Of a DNA stretch of 64,000 bases, positions 48,843 through 59,028 are shown piece by piece; the first letter of the stretch is position 1, and each line of letters opens with the position of its first letter. The notes beneath the pieces were generated by a model. It searched no databases. It was not told the origin of the DNA and saw only the letters and a program-made list of their open reading frames with translations. The stretch is from Eubacteriales bacterium (GTDB lineage Bacteria; Bacillota; Clostridia; Peptostreptococcales; Anaerovoracaceae). The position numbers and the translations under genes were made by a program. Where the stretch lies: contig JBQMYS010000001.1 of the NCBI GenBank assembly GCA_052173355.1, positions 13,243-77,242 of the forward strand, written 5' to 3'.

Positions 48843-49458
48843 ATTTCATTGCCACTCCTTCTATAATATTTGCAACATTTTCACATGAGTCAAGACTTTC
48901 TTCAATCTGCTCAAGTATATGTTTCCATTTAATAAGTTCTATAGGATTTATGTCCTCGCGAAAAAGTTTCATCAATGCTTCCCTGTAAATAACATCCCCT
49001 TCATTTTCAAGGCGGTTTACTTCTATTATCTGGGTTTTTACCAAATTATTTTTCTTTAAATCCGGTAAATGCTCAAAAAGCACTACGAGTTCTTTCGTGC
49101 TTTGCAATATCAAATCTGCTATGGCTATCGCTTCAGGTCTTATCTCATTTACATCAAACACCACGAAACGATTTGATGCCTCCTCTATACAATCTACTAT
49201 GTCATCCATCTGTTTTGTGACAGAATAAATATCTTCTCGGTCAAAAGGAGTGATAAATGCTACATTTAATTTGTTTAGTATATCGTGCGCATATTGATCG
49301 CATTCCGTTTCGTATAACTTTATCTTTTCGACTTTTTCCTCAACATTTTCATAATGCTTAAGTAAGTCCAAAAAGGTTTCGCCTACGATTTCAATTTTTC
49401 GTGCATACTCTATGAATAATGTATAAAATACGTCTTCTTTCTTTTTTAAGCCAAACAT
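48835..49458 (-). CDS. DUF47 (PhoU-like) protein paired with PiT
   Basis: 207 aa, helical. The DREDIY...LE pattern is typical of YkaA/DUF47. It overlaps pit by 8 nt. Confidence 0.85.
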   Translation of the reverse strand: MFGLKKKEDVFYTLFIEYARKIEIVGETFLDLLKHYENVEEKVEKIKLYETECDQYAHDILNKLNVAFITPFDREDIYSVTKQMDDIVDCIEEASNRFVVFDVNEIRPEAIAIADLILQSTKELVVLFEHLPDLKKNNLVKTQIIEVNRLENEGDVIYREALMKLFREDINPIELIKWKHILEQIEESLDSCENVANIIEGVAMKYA

Positions 49459-49477
49459 TTTTTCTCTCCTTGTTACA

Positions 49478-50119
49478 TCAAATCTTATTATCGCGCATCA
49501 TGTATAATATGGCATTGCAGATTGCCGCCGCTACATTGCTCCCGCCTTTTCGCCCTTTTGCAACTATATATGGTATATCGGTTTGCATTATCAGTTCTTT
49601 TGACTCACAGACGTTTACAAATCCTACAGGAACGCCTACAACAGCCTCCGGTTTAAGTTTTCCTTCTTCGTAAAGTTCCCGTATTCTGACAAGTGCGGTC
49701 GGGGCATTACCTATGGCAAATATTACCGGTTTATCCAAATTTGCAGCTTTGTCGATAGATGCTGTAGCTCTTGTTGTTCCATCTGCTTTTGCTTTTAATG
49801 CCACATCTTCGTCAGACATGAAGCAAAATACTTCACCTCCATATTTTGCAAGCGTAGGTTTGCTGATTCCGGCTTTTGCCATCTGAGTATCCGTCACTAT
49901 TACTGCACCGTTTCGTATAGCTGAAGCAATTTTATCAACTACATCGTCGGAAAATTTCATATTATCGTAATAATCAAAATCTGCAGATGTGTGAATAGCT
50001 CTTTTAACTATCGGTGCAATTTTTTCAGGAAGTTTGCGATCGCCAAGTTCTTGTGTAATGATTTCAAAGCTCCGCTTTTCAATTTCCTCCGGTAATACCT
50101 TTTGCAATTCAATTTTCAT
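49478..50119 (-). CDS. cbiC: Cobalt-precorrin-8 methylmutase
   Basis: 213 aa with the motifs IHTSADFDY, FAIGNAPTAL and VGVPVGFV. Confidence 0.9.
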   Translation of the reverse strand: MKIELQKVLPEEIEKRSFEIITQELGDRKLPEKIAPIVKRAIHTSADFDYYDNMKFSDDVVDKIASAIRNGAVIVTDTQMAKAGISKPTLAKYGGEVFCFMSDEDVALKAKADGTTRATASIDKAANLDKPVIFAIGNAPTALVRIRELYEEGKLKPEAVVGVPVGFVNVCESKELIMQTDIPYIVAKGRKGGSNVAAAICNAILYMMRDNKI

Positions 50120-50143
50120 AGCGTTCTCCTATTTTTATTTTAA

Positions 50144-51664
50144 CTATATACCTGAATTTAGAATATCGTAAAGCATATTAACATCCATATTGTTTCTGAT
50201 ACCTTCTTGTAAAATATCATATTGGCTCTCTTTATATTCCTTTATATCAATACCCACCGCCATATCGGGGTCAAGGCCTTTTGCCTTTAATAATTTTGTA
50301 AATAAGGCTTTAACAACATTTTGATTGTCAAAAATCCCATGAATGTAAGAGCCGTATATATTTTTACTATAAAGTCCTGCAAGTTTGTTACAAGGTTCTC
50401 CTGATAAACAGGTAATTACTGTAAGTTCTTTTGCATTCGAATCGCCATTTTTTACAGTATTTCCCATATGTATTTCATATCCCTCAAATTCAACATTTGA
50501 CAGCGAATCTAAAAATCCGTCATTTATCTGTGTAAATACCCCTGTTGCTCTTGTTGTTACCTTTTCTTTTCCAAAAACGGTTTTTGCAGATAACAATCCC
50601 ATTCCTTTAAGAGTCCCTCCATGTTCTACATTATAAGGATCTTCAAGTTCCTCACCGAGCATTTGAAATCCTCCACAAATTCCAAATACAGGTTTTCCTT
50701 TTTGTGCATATTTCAAAATACTTGCCTCCAAGCCAGATTGCCTAAGCCAAAGCAAATCCGACATTGTGTTTTTAGTTCCCGGAATTACTATCATATCAGG
50801 ATTTCCAAGATCTGCAACTCGGTCAACATATTGAATCTTTGCTACTTTGGAATACTCAAGAGCATTAAAATCCGTAAAATTTGATATTCGCGGAAGTTTT
50901 ATAACTGCAATCGTAATCGGCGCAACTGTCTTTGATTTATCGAATTTTTCTGTCAAACTGTCTTCATCATCTATATCAACATTTAAGTACGGTATCACTC
51001 CCACCGTCGGCACTTTTATCAAATCTTTAAGCATATCAAGCCCCGGTTCAAGTATGGCTTTATCTCCTCTGAATTTATTGATAATAGTGCCTTTAACCAT
51101 TTTTCTGTCTTCTTCTTTAAAAAGCATCATTGTTCCTACCAAAGATGCGAACACCCCGCCCCTATCTATATCTCCTGCAAGCAGTACCGGCGCTTTTGCA
51201 AGATGTGCCATATACATATTTACAATATCATTATCCTGCAAGTTGATTTCAGCCGGGCTTCCTGCGCCTTCTATTACTATTATGTCGTATTTAGAAGAAA
51301 GTTTATCGTAAGCTTCTTTGATATGAGGAACCATCTCTCTTTTTCTGGTATAATACTCTTTTGCATTCATATTATCATAAACCTTGCCGTTCACGATAAT
51401 TTGTGATGCCTTGTCACTTGTAGGCTTTAACAATATGGGATTCATAAGTACAGACGGTTCTATACCTGCAGCTTCAGCTTGAACCACCTGCGCTCTGCCC
51501 ATTTCCAACCCTTCTTTCGTAATAAAAGAGTTCAGCGCCATATTTTGAGATTTGAACGGTGCAACAGTATATCCGTCCTTTTTAAAAAGTCTACATAATC
51601 CTGCTACTAGTAAACTTTTTCCTGCGTTTGACATGGTTCCCTGAACCATTATAGATTTTGCCAT
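50144..51664 (-). CDS. cobQ: Cobyric acid synthase
   Basis: 506 aa. It has an N-terminal GTMSNAGKS P-loop and a C-terminal GATase domain (GICGGFQMLG). Confidence 0.93.
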   Translation of the reverse strand: MAKSIMVQGTMSNAGKSLLVAGLCRLFKKDGYTVAPFKSQNMALNSFITKEGLEMGRAQVVQAEAAGIEPSVLMNPILLKPTSDKASQIIVNGKVYDNMNAKEYYTRKREMVPHIKEAYDKLSSKYDIIVIEGAGSPAEINLQDNDIVNMYMAHLAKAPVLLAGDIDRGGVFASLVGTMMLFKEEDRKMVKGTIINKFRGDKAILEPGLDMLKDLIKVPTVGVIPYLNVDIDDEDSLTEKFDKSKTVAPITIAVIKLPRISNFTDFNALEYSKVAKIQYVDRVADLGNPDMIVIPGTKNTMSDLLWLRQSGLEASILKYAQKGKPVFGICGGFQMLGEELEDPYNVEHGGTLKGMGLLSAKTVFGKEKVTTRATGVFTQINDGFLDSLSNVEFEGYEIHMGNTVKNGDSNAKELTVITCLSGEPCNKLAGLYSKNIYGSYIHGIFDNQNVVKALFTKLLKAKGLDPDMAVGIDIKEYKESQYDILQEGIRNNMDVNMLYDILNSGI

Positions 51665-51679
51665 TTTCTCTCCTATCCT

Positions 51680-52750
51680 CTAAGTTAAAATATTGGAAAA
51701 TGCTTCTAAAAGCTTTAAATTTTCAGCTTTACTGCGTATTGCAATTCTAAAATAATTTTCATCAAGTCCTTTATAATTTGCACAACTTCGAATCAATATG
51801 CCCTGATTCAGCATTTTTTCTTTGAAGCTGTCTTTATCATATCCTTTTGAATCTTTTATATTAAGCAATATATAATTTGCAGCAGTGGGATATGTTCTTA
51901 TTCCTAACTCATTTAGTTTTGGCACTAAAAAGTGTTTTTCCGCATCAACCTGTTCAATAGCGTCTTTTATGTATTGCGTTTCATCCAGTGCATGAATCCC
52001 TGCTATTTGCGCTATCTGCGAAACCGCCCATGGCTGTGCCGCATTTTTTAATTCTTCTAAAAGTCTTTGATTTGATGTAAGCGCATATCCGAGCCTAACT
52101 CCCGGCATTGCATATAGCTTGGTAAAAGCTTTTAATATAAGTAAATTCGGAGAATTTGTTATATACTGTTTCATAGTGAATCTTTGGGATATTTCACAAA
52201 ACTCAAGGAAACATTCATCTATTATCAAAAAACTTCCCTGTCGATTACAGATATTTAAAATTTCAATCAAAATTTCTCTGTCTGCAATTCGTCCTGTCGG
52301 ATTGTTAGGGTTGCATATAAACACTATATCGTACAAATTAGTGGCTACCTCATCCAAAATACGACTGTCAAGCATAAAATCGTTTTCATCAAAAAGGTAA
52401 TAATGTGATACTTCGCAATCTACCGTTTTCATAGCAATTTCATATTCAGCAAACGTCGGTGCCAATACCAAAGCTTTTTTCGGCTTTATCGCAATCGCAA
52501 GCCTATATATTATATCAGCGGCACCATTACCGCAAATTACCTGATCGGTTTTAACATTTTCCGAATCAGCGATTTTAGCAGAAAGTTTTCTGCACAACGG
52601 ATCCGGATAATGTTCAAGCGAATCTATGCAACTTACCATTGCATCTTTAACCTTTTGCGGTATTCCTAAAGGATTTATATTAGCTGAAAAATCTATTATT
52701 TGTTTATTTTCAAAACTGTAAATATCTCCACCATGTATCAAATTAACCAT
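51680..52750 (-). CDS. cobD: Threonine-phosphate decarboxylase (class I/II aminotransferase fold)
   Basis: The N-terminus is IHGGDIY, and NPNNPTG and a PLP-fold are present. It was trimmed to ATG 52750; the track start is a TTG without an RBS. It overlaps the cbiB end by 13 nt. Confidence 0.85.
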   Translation of the reverse strand: MVNLIHGGDIYSFENKQIIDFSANINPLGIPQKVKDAMVSCIDSLEHYPDPLCRKLSAKIADSENVKTDQVICGNGAADIIYRLAIAIKPKKALVLAPTFAEYEIAMKTVDCEVSHYYLFDENDFMLDSRILDEVATNLYDIVFICNPNNPTGRIADREILIEILNICNRQGSFLIIDECFLEFCEISQRFTMKQYITNSPNLLILKAFTKLYAMPGVRLGYALTSNQRLLEELKNAAQPWAVSQIAQIAGIHALDETQYIKDAIEQVDAEKHFLVPKLNELGIRTYPTAANYILLNIKDSKGYDKDSFKEKMLNQGILIRSCANYKGLDENYFRIAIRSKAENLKLLEAFSNILT

Positions 52751-53712
52751 ACTATCAACATCCTTATCAAAATGCAAAAAATCAGACTGAGTGCTGAAGC
52801 TGTATAGAGCAACCTGTTTGCACGCACTATGTCATCTTTTTGAACAGGTCTTAATTCATCACCTATGTATTCTTTTTTATATAATTTACCAAAATAATGC
52901 GCATCTCCTGCAAGTCGAATGTTCAATGCTCCTGCGCACACTGCTTCTGTTTGCGCACTATTGGGACTTGCGTGTTTGTATCTATCTCTACAAAATATTT
53001 TAATTGCATTTTTGTAATCGTAACCAAGTAAAAAACTGGCCGCTATCATTAGAAAAGCTGCTATTCTAGCAGGGATAAAATTAGCTATATCATCCAGCCT
53101 TGCCGCTATTTTTCCAAAAAATATATATCTATCATTCTTATAAGCAATCATAGAGTCCATGGTATTTATAGCTTTATAAAAATACCCTAGCGGTGCTCCT
53201 CCAATCGACATATAAATCATAGGTGCTATCGCTCCGTCCGCAGTATTTTCTGCAACGGTTTCTACAGCGGCTTTTGAGATACCTTCTTCACTTAAGTTTT
53301 CGGTATCCCTTCCGACTATTCTTGATAAAAACCATCTCGCCTTTGCAATATCACCATTTTTCAAAGGCTCATACACTTTCATACTTTCAGATTTTAAAGA
53401 CTTGACCGACAATAAATAATAACACAAAACGGCATCCGCTATCAAGCCGAAAAACAAATTCAGTCTATACGCACAAACTATTATGACAAATGGAATTGCA
53501 ACACTTGTTAGCAAAGTAAAAAATACCAAAACTGCTCCTGCTATCATTTCTCCAATAGGAGACTCCGGAAAAACTGCTCGAAACAACTTTTCCAAAAACG
53601 ATATAAGTGCACCTATGCTCCGAATCGGATGCCACAGATTTTCAGGATCCCCAAACAGCATATCCATTAAATATGCAATAACTATCGGAAATATAAAAAT
53701 CAAATTAAACAT
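52738..53712 (-). CDS. cbiB: Adenosylcobinamide-phosphate synthase
   Basis: 324 aa membrane protein with HPIRSIG and the SPNSAQTEA motif. Confidence 0.9.
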   Translation of the reverse strand: MFNLIFIFPIVIAYLMDMLFGDPENLWHPIRSIGALISFLEKLFRAVFPESPIGEMIAGAVLVFFTLLTSVAIPFVIIVCAYRLNLFFGLIADAVLCYYLLSVKSLKSESMKVYEPLKNGDIAKARWFLSRIVGRDTENLSEEGISKAAVETVAENTADGAIAPMIYMSIGGAPLGYFYKAINTMDSMIAYKNDRYIFFGKIAARLDDIANFIPARIAAFLMIAASFLLGYDYKNAIKIFCRDRYKHASPNSAQTEAVCAGALNIRLAGDAHYFGKLYKKEYIGDELRPVQKDDIVRANRLLYTASALSLIFCILIRMLIVWLI

Positions 53713-54451
53713 TTACCTCTTTGTACCCCCGAGGTGTAACCATTTTTCCACCTATATTTTTCGTTTTTGAATTTCCTATAAATACTGTCGTAAACATATT
53801 TACTTCAGTATCTTTCAATTTTTTCAAAGTGGTTACCGTTGCAGTTTCTCCTTTTCTGCCTATATTTTCAGCATAACCGCATATATTATCTTCACTTCTA
53901 TATTTTAAAATTATGTCGCATGCCTTTTTTAAATAATCATGCCTTTTGATACTTGACGGATTATATAACACTATGGAAAAATCTGCCATCGCTGCGGCTT
54001 CAAGTCTTTTTTCAATCAGTTCCCAAGGTGTCAAAAGATCACTCAAACTTATTACAACAAAATCGTGAATAAGCGGAGCGCCCAGAAGCGCCGCACCGCT
54101 ACAAGCGGCTGTAATTCCTGAAATAACATTTATTTCTACTTGATTTATAACTCCCATAGTTTCCGCCATTTCATACATAAGCCCTGCCATGCCGTAAACT
54201 CCAGCATCTCCACTGCATACCATAGAAACGCTCTGACCTTTTAAAGCCTCCTCAATAGCCAGTTTGCACCTTTCACTTTCCTTTTTCATAGGAGTTGAAA
54301 TGAATTGTTTTCCTTCAAACCTGTCACGAATCAAATCTACATAAACCGTATATCCCGCTATTACATCACTTTGCTCCAAAGCCTCTATTGCTTTGGGTGT
54401 TATCTGATTTTGCTGCCCTGGCCCAAGACCTACAACATATATTTTATTCAA
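53705..54451 (-). CDS. cbiH: Cobalt-factor III / precorrin-3B C17-methyltransferase
   Basis: 248 aa TP_methylase fold (IYVVGLGPG...VCSGDAGVYGMAG). The TTG start is 7 nt after GGAGGG and directly abuts the cbiF stop. Confidence 0.88.
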   Translation of the reverse strand: MNKIYVVGLGPGQQNQITPKAIEALEQSDVIAGYTVYVDLIRDRFEGKQFISTPMKKESERCKLAIEEALKGQSVSMVCSGDAGVYGMAGLMYEMAETMGVINQVEINVISGITAACSGAALLGAPLIHDFVVISLSDLLTPWELIEKRLEAAAMADFSIVLYNPSSIKRHDYLKKACDIILKYRSEDNICGYAENIGRKGETATVTTLKKLKDTEVNMFTTVFIGNSKTKNIGGKMVTPRGYKEVNV

Positions 54452-55207
54452 TTATTTTCCCTCCCGAAATTCATGCGTAAAAGTTTTATCATAGAGTTTT
54501 GAACGCTCATAACTATCTGCTAAAAATCCCCCTACAACTATCATAGCCGTTTTTGTAATATCATTTTCTTTTGCAGTTGTTGCAAGTGTTCCTACTGTAC
54601 ATCTAAATACCTTTTCCTCCGGCCAAGTCGCTTTGTATACAATAGCAGCGGGAGTATTTTTCGTGTAAGCACCGCCCGCAATCAGACTTTCTTCAAGTTG
54701 CTCCAAAAGCCCGGTAGATAAAAATATTGTCATGGTAGCTCCATGTGAAGCCAAAAGTGACAGTTCTTCTTTTTCAGGCACAGGGGTTCTTCCTTGCATT
54801 CTGGTAATGATAACGCTCTGAGAAACGGATGGTAATGTATATTCGGCCCGCAATGCCGCAGCGACCCCGCAAAAAGAACTTACTCCCGGAGTTACTTTAA
54901 ATTCAATGCCTTTTTCTTCTAAAACATCTATTTGTTCTCGAATCGCACCATAAAGGCTGGGATCTCCCGTATGAAGCCTTACGGTCATCTTTTTTTCAGC
55001 TTCCGCTCTTTGCATTACCTCTATTACTTCTTCCAAAGTCATAGATGCGCTGTTAAATATTTCACATCCGTCTTTAGCATTTTTCAAAAGTTCAGGATTT
55101 ACGAGTGATCCTGCATAAATTATTACATCTGCTTCTTTCAGTAAGTTTTGTCCTCTTACCGTTATTAAATCAACTGCACCGGGCCCTGCCCCAACAAAAT
55201 TTATCAT
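54452..55207 (-). CDS. cbiF: Cobalt-precorrin-4 C11-methyltransferase
   Basis: 251 aa with the motifs FVGAGPGAVDLITVRG, IIYAGSLV and HTGDPSLYG. Confidence 0.9.
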   Translation of the reverse strand: MINFVGAGPGAVDLITVRGQNLLKEADVIIYAGSLVNPELLKNAKDGCEIFNSASMTLEEVIEVMQRAEAEKKMTVRLHTGDPSLYGAIREQIDVLEEKGIEFKVTPGVSSFCGVAAALRAEYTLPSVSQSVIITRMQGRTPVPEKEELSLLASHGATMTIFLSTGLLEQLEESLIAGGAYTKNTPAAIVYKATWPEEKVFRCTVGTLATTAKENDITKTAMIVVGGFLADSYERSKLYDKTFTHEFREGK

Positions 55208-55208
55208 A

Positions 55209-56399
55209 TCATTCTCCCTCGTTAATTTTTTCTAATTTTTTTATAAATTCATCCGCATTTTCACTTTTTGCAAGAAGCCCATGCTTATTTGAAAACATTA
55301 CAGCCGCAACTTCCAAAGTATCATGAGTTCGTGATTTTAAGTGATACATTATTCTTTGCATCAAAAGATTCATCAAGTTTTCACATAGTAAAGGGTCTTT
55401 CTCTTTTATTTTTTCATATGCACTATCCGTTGTGACGGAATCAAAAATTTCTTCAATAAGCTCCTTTTTTGCACCCAGTTTTGCTGCATATGCGGCAATT
55501 ATTTCCATTCTGGAATCGGCATATTTCGAATGAGTATTCATTATACCTCCTGCAAGTTTTGCAAGTTTTCCGATATGACCCATAAATAAAATTCCGGAAA
55601 ATTCCATCTGTTCGGCAAAATCAAGAGCATTACCTATGAAATTACTGCATTTAACAGAATAGAATTTATTTACATCAAAATTTTCTTTCAAAAAAGTTTC
55701 GCCATAATTTCCCGGTGTAATCAACAAGTATTTACAACCTATGGCTCTGCGCATACGCATTTCTACTTTAATCGTATCTATCAATGCCTGCTCGCTCATA
55801 GGCTCCACTATTCCGCTTGTTCCGATTATAGACAATCCTCCGACTATACCAAGTTTCGGATTAAATGTCCGCTTTGCAAGTTCGACGCCTGCCGGCAGCG
55901 ATATTTCAACTTCCGCACCGCCTGTATAATCAAATGTATGCAACACCTCTGAAACGGCTGCTTCGATTGTTTTACGCGGCGTAGGATTTATGGCGGCTTC
56001 GCCTACCGGACAGGAAAGCCCCGGAAGTGTTACTCTGCCGACTCCCATTCCACCATCTATTATTATTTTTCCATCATCAGAATCACGCAATTTGACTTTT
56101 GCATAAATCATAGCACCATCCGTAATATCAGGATCGTCACCGCTATTTTTACGAATTGCGCATTTGGCTGTTTTTTCATCTATTATTTGTGGCTCTAATA
56201 CTTGCAAATTCAATTCGATTCCTTTTGGAGTCATAATTGAAATTTCATTACATTTTCCGGTGAATATAAGATATGTCGCGGCTTTTGCAGCCGCCGTTGC
56301 GCAACTGCCTGTGGTATAGCCTTTTTTTAATTCTCCCTTAGGAGTTAACTCCGGGTTTTTAGCGGTATTTATTTCACTGTTTTTGAATATTTCTGACAT
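55209..56399 (-). CDS. cbiD: Cobalt-precorrin-5B C1-methyltransferase
   Basis: 396 aa. LKKGYTTGSCATAAAKAA is the CbiD hallmark. It overlaps the cbiA end by 31 nt. Confidence 0.9.
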   Translation of the reverse strand: MSEIFKNSEINTAKNPELTPKGELKKGYTTGSCATAAAKAATYLIFTGKCNEISIMTPKGIELNLQVLEPQIIDEKTAKCAIRKNSGDDPDITDGAMIYAKVKLRDSDDGKIIIDGGMGVGRVTLPGLSCPVGEAAINPTPRKTIEAAVSEVLHTFDYTGGAEVEISLPAGVELAKRTFNPKLGIVGGLSIIGTSGIVEPMSEQALIDTIKVEMRMRRAIGCKYLLITPGNYGETFLKENFDVNKFYSVKCSNFIGNALDFAEQMEFSGILFMGHIGKLAKLAGGIMNTHSKYADSRMEIIAAYAAKLGAKKELIEEIFDSVTTDSAYEKIKEKDPLLCENLMNLLMQRIMYHLKSRTHDTLEVAAVMFSNKHGLLAKSENADEFIKKLEKINEGE

Positions 56400-57745
56400 A
56401 TTTTTACAAACCTTTCTACCGCTGAAATATTTGAATAAAAATGCAAATGCGGATAACCTGCATACAAATGATTATTGCCCACTACACATTCCCACGCTGT
56501 TTTTCTTAGCGGTTTTTGTGCCAAAAATGAATTTCCGTTATTTGTACTATCCCAATAATGAAACTCGTGCCCTTTAAGTTCGATTCCCGCTTCGCCGAAT
56601 ATTGATTCGGTTTTAGCTGTCATGTCTATGTAACCGAATCTTACTAGTTTACCCGCATACACGCTTTCTCCTTTTATAAATCCAACCATTTTATATTTGT
56701 TGTGCTCTTTATCTTGCAGGTTTTCATGCAAGTACATGAATCCTCCGCACTCTGCAATACATGGAAGCCCTGCTTCAAGTTTTTCAGCTATTTGTAACAT
56801 CAGAACACTATTTTTTGAAAGCTGCGGCAAATAAAGTTCAGGATAACCTCCCCCTAAATAAAGTGCAGATATATTTTCCGGCAATTTTTGATCATTAAGC
56901 GGGCTGAAATAGCAAATTTCCGCGCCCATATCTGAGAGAAGGTCTAAATTGTCCTGATAATAAAAACAAAATGCCTTATCCATGGCTACAGCTATTCTAA
57001 ACGGTTCGCCTCTTTTTATGACAACAGGTTCAAACTCAATTTCGCTTGCCGAATTTGCAAGTTCAATCAAAAGATTTATGTTAACAGTTTTTTCAAGTTC
57101 TGTTGAAAGAAAATCGAGTATTTCATCTATATTTTCAACTTCATCTGCTATAACAAGTCCCAAGTGCCTACTTTCAAGTGCATATTCGCGTTTTAGCATC
57201 GGTACATATCCAATTACACAAATCCCAAGTCTTTTTTCAATTAAATCTTTTATTTCCGAAAAAATCATAGGAGAAATCCTGTTTAAGATTACACCTTTAA
57301 TATTGCTATCTTTTTCTAATTTTAGGAATCCATATATTTCTGCCAATATTGACACCGACTTACCTTTGCAATCCAATATCAAAATCGTAGGAGTATTTGT
57401 AGTTTTCGAAACATCATAACTACTTGCTTTGTAGTCTTTCCCTGCAAGTCCGTCGTAATATCCCATCACTCCTTCTATAATCGAAATATCGGTGTTTGCT
57501 GCATTTTTAGCAAGCAGATGCTTAACGGTATTTTCATCATTAAAAAAAAGATCTAAATTCCTGGAGTCTACACCTAATGCTTTTTTATGAAACATCGGGT
57601 CAATATAATCCGGCCCGCATTTAAATGAGCTTACTGAAATTCCTCTATTTGTCAGTGCTCGTATAATGCCGCAAGTAATAGTAGTTTTGCCGCTCCCGCT
57701 TGAAGGTGCTGCAAAAAGAATCCTTGGTACTTTAATCTTTTTCAT
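56369..57745 (-). CDS. cbiA: Cobyrinate a,c-diamide synthase
   Basis: 458 aa with SGSGKTT, FKCGPDYIDP and a C-terminal GATase with ECGGFMYL. Confidence 0.92.
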   Translation of the reverse strand: MKKIKVPRILFAAPSSGSGKTTITCGIIRALTNRGISVSSFKCGPDYIDPMFHKKALGVDSRNLDLFFNDENTVKHLLAKNAANTDISIIEGVMGYYDGLAGKDYKASSYDVSKTTNTPTILILDCKGKSVSILAEIYGFLKLEKDSNIKGVILNRISPMIFSEIKDLIEKRLGICVIGYVPMLKREYALESRHLGLVIADEVENIDEILDFLSTELEKTVNINLLIELANSASEIEFEPVVIKRGEPFRIAVAMDKAFCFYYQDNLDLLSDMGAEICYFSPLNDQKLPENISALYLGGGYPELYLPQLSKNSVLMLQIAEKLEAGLPCIAECGGFMYLHENLQDKEHNKYKMVGFIKGESVYAGKLVRFGYIDMTAKTESIFGEAGIELKGHEFHYWDSTNNGNSFLAQKPLRKTAWECVVGNNHLYAGYPHLHFYSNISAVERFVKICQKYSKTVK

Positions 57746-59012
57746 TTAATTCCTCTTTTATTTTTCCATATTGCATGGTGACTATAAATACAGGGTTTTG
57801 TCCCATCATCAAATTGTAATTTCCAAGCTTTTTACTGCGTGCAACACTTAATTGCACTACTTCGCTTTCTACAAATTCAAAATGTTTAATTGCAGATGTA
57901 AGTTCACCAATAGCCTCAAGTGATACCGCTGTTGCGACTATTCGAATATCAGGATTTTTCATAAGCAAATCCGCAATTATCTCTTTCAAATTGCCTTTAG
58001 ATCCACCTATAAATGCTTTGTCCGGCTTAGGTAATTCCGACATTGCTTCAGGTGCACCGCCGTAAATAACATCGAGGTTTGAAGCCTTAAATTTATCTTT
58101 ATTCTCCTTTATTAAAGCTACCGCATCTTTATCAATTTCAATAGCATATACTTTACCATTTTTGCAAGTAAGCGCCAATTCAATCGAAACGGAGCCTGTT
58201 CCCGCACCTATATCATAAACGCAATCCGTTTGCTTCAAATTCATCTTTGATACAGCTACTGTACGTACTTCTTCCTTTGTCATAGGTACTTTTGTACGAA
58301 TGAAAAGTTCATCATTTATTCCAAGTGTAGATTTAAATTGTAAAATTTCATCAGTTTTTTCAGTAGTTTTTTCTACATACATAACACTAAGCGGATCAAA
58401 ATCTGTATCAACAAAATCCGGCGTAGTTCCAACGGTAATCCTTTCATTTGGATAAGAAAGATTTTCGCCTACACAAATCTGCAAATCGTTAAAACCTGCA
58501 TCTTGAAACTTTTTAGATATTTTTTTTACGGTGTTATCTTTTGAATCTGTTAAGAAAAAAACTTTATTATGTGCCAAAATCGCGCCCAAAGGGTCAGTTT
58601 CCCTGCCATGTAAACTTACAGGTACAACATCTTCCCAAGGCATACCGAGTTTAGAAAGAAAATAAACAAACGAACTTATACCTGGTATATAATTTATAGA
58701 TATTTCATCGTTTCCAAGAAAATTACCATATTCTTTTACGAAAATTTCGCGAAGCTTCTTTGCTCCACTATAAAATCCAATATCTCCGCTCATCAGTACG
58801 GAAATAACCGAATCGTTTTCAGCGTTTTTAATTTGCTCAAAAATATCAGCAGAAGTAATCGCATCACATTTAGTTTGATGCTTTTTTGCAAATGCGCTGA
58901 GCATACGTTTAGCCCCTATTATCAAATTGCTTTCTTCAATTTTTAATTTTCCTTCAACTGTTATCCCCTCGGGACTTCCCATACCAATTCCAATGATATA
59001 TACTTTTTTCAT
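57732..59012 (-). CDS. cbiET: Fused CbiE/CbiT: cobalt-precorrin-7 C5-methyltransferase and cobalt-precorrin-6B C15-methyltransferase (decarboxylating)
   Basis: 426 aa. The N-terminal half is TP_methylase-like (VYIIGIGMG). The C-terminal half is a class I methyltransferase (MTKEEVRTVAVSKM...DIGAGTGSVSIE). Confidence 0.88.
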   Translation of the reverse strand: MKKVYIIGIGMGSPEGITVEGKLKIEESNLIIGAKRMLSAFAKKHQTKCDAITSADIFEQIKNAENDSVISVLMSGDIGFYSGAKKLREIFVKEYGNFLGNDEISINYIPGISSFVYFLSKLGMPWEDVVPVSLHGRETDPLGAILAHNKVFFLTDSKDNTVKKISKKFQDAGFNDLQICVGENLSYPNERITVGTTPDFVDTDFDPLSVMYVEKTTEKTDEILQFKSTLGINDELFIRTKVPMTKEEVRTVAVSKMNLKQTDCVYDIGAGTGSVSIELALTCKNGKVYAIEIDKDAVALIKENKDKFKASNLDVIYGGAPEAMSELPKPDKAFIGGSKGNLKEIIADLLMKNPDIRIVATAVSLEAIGELTSAIKHFEFVESEVVQLSVARSKKLGNYNLMMGQNPVFIVTMQYGKIKEELNEKD

Positions 59013-59028
59013 AAATCACCTGTGAAAA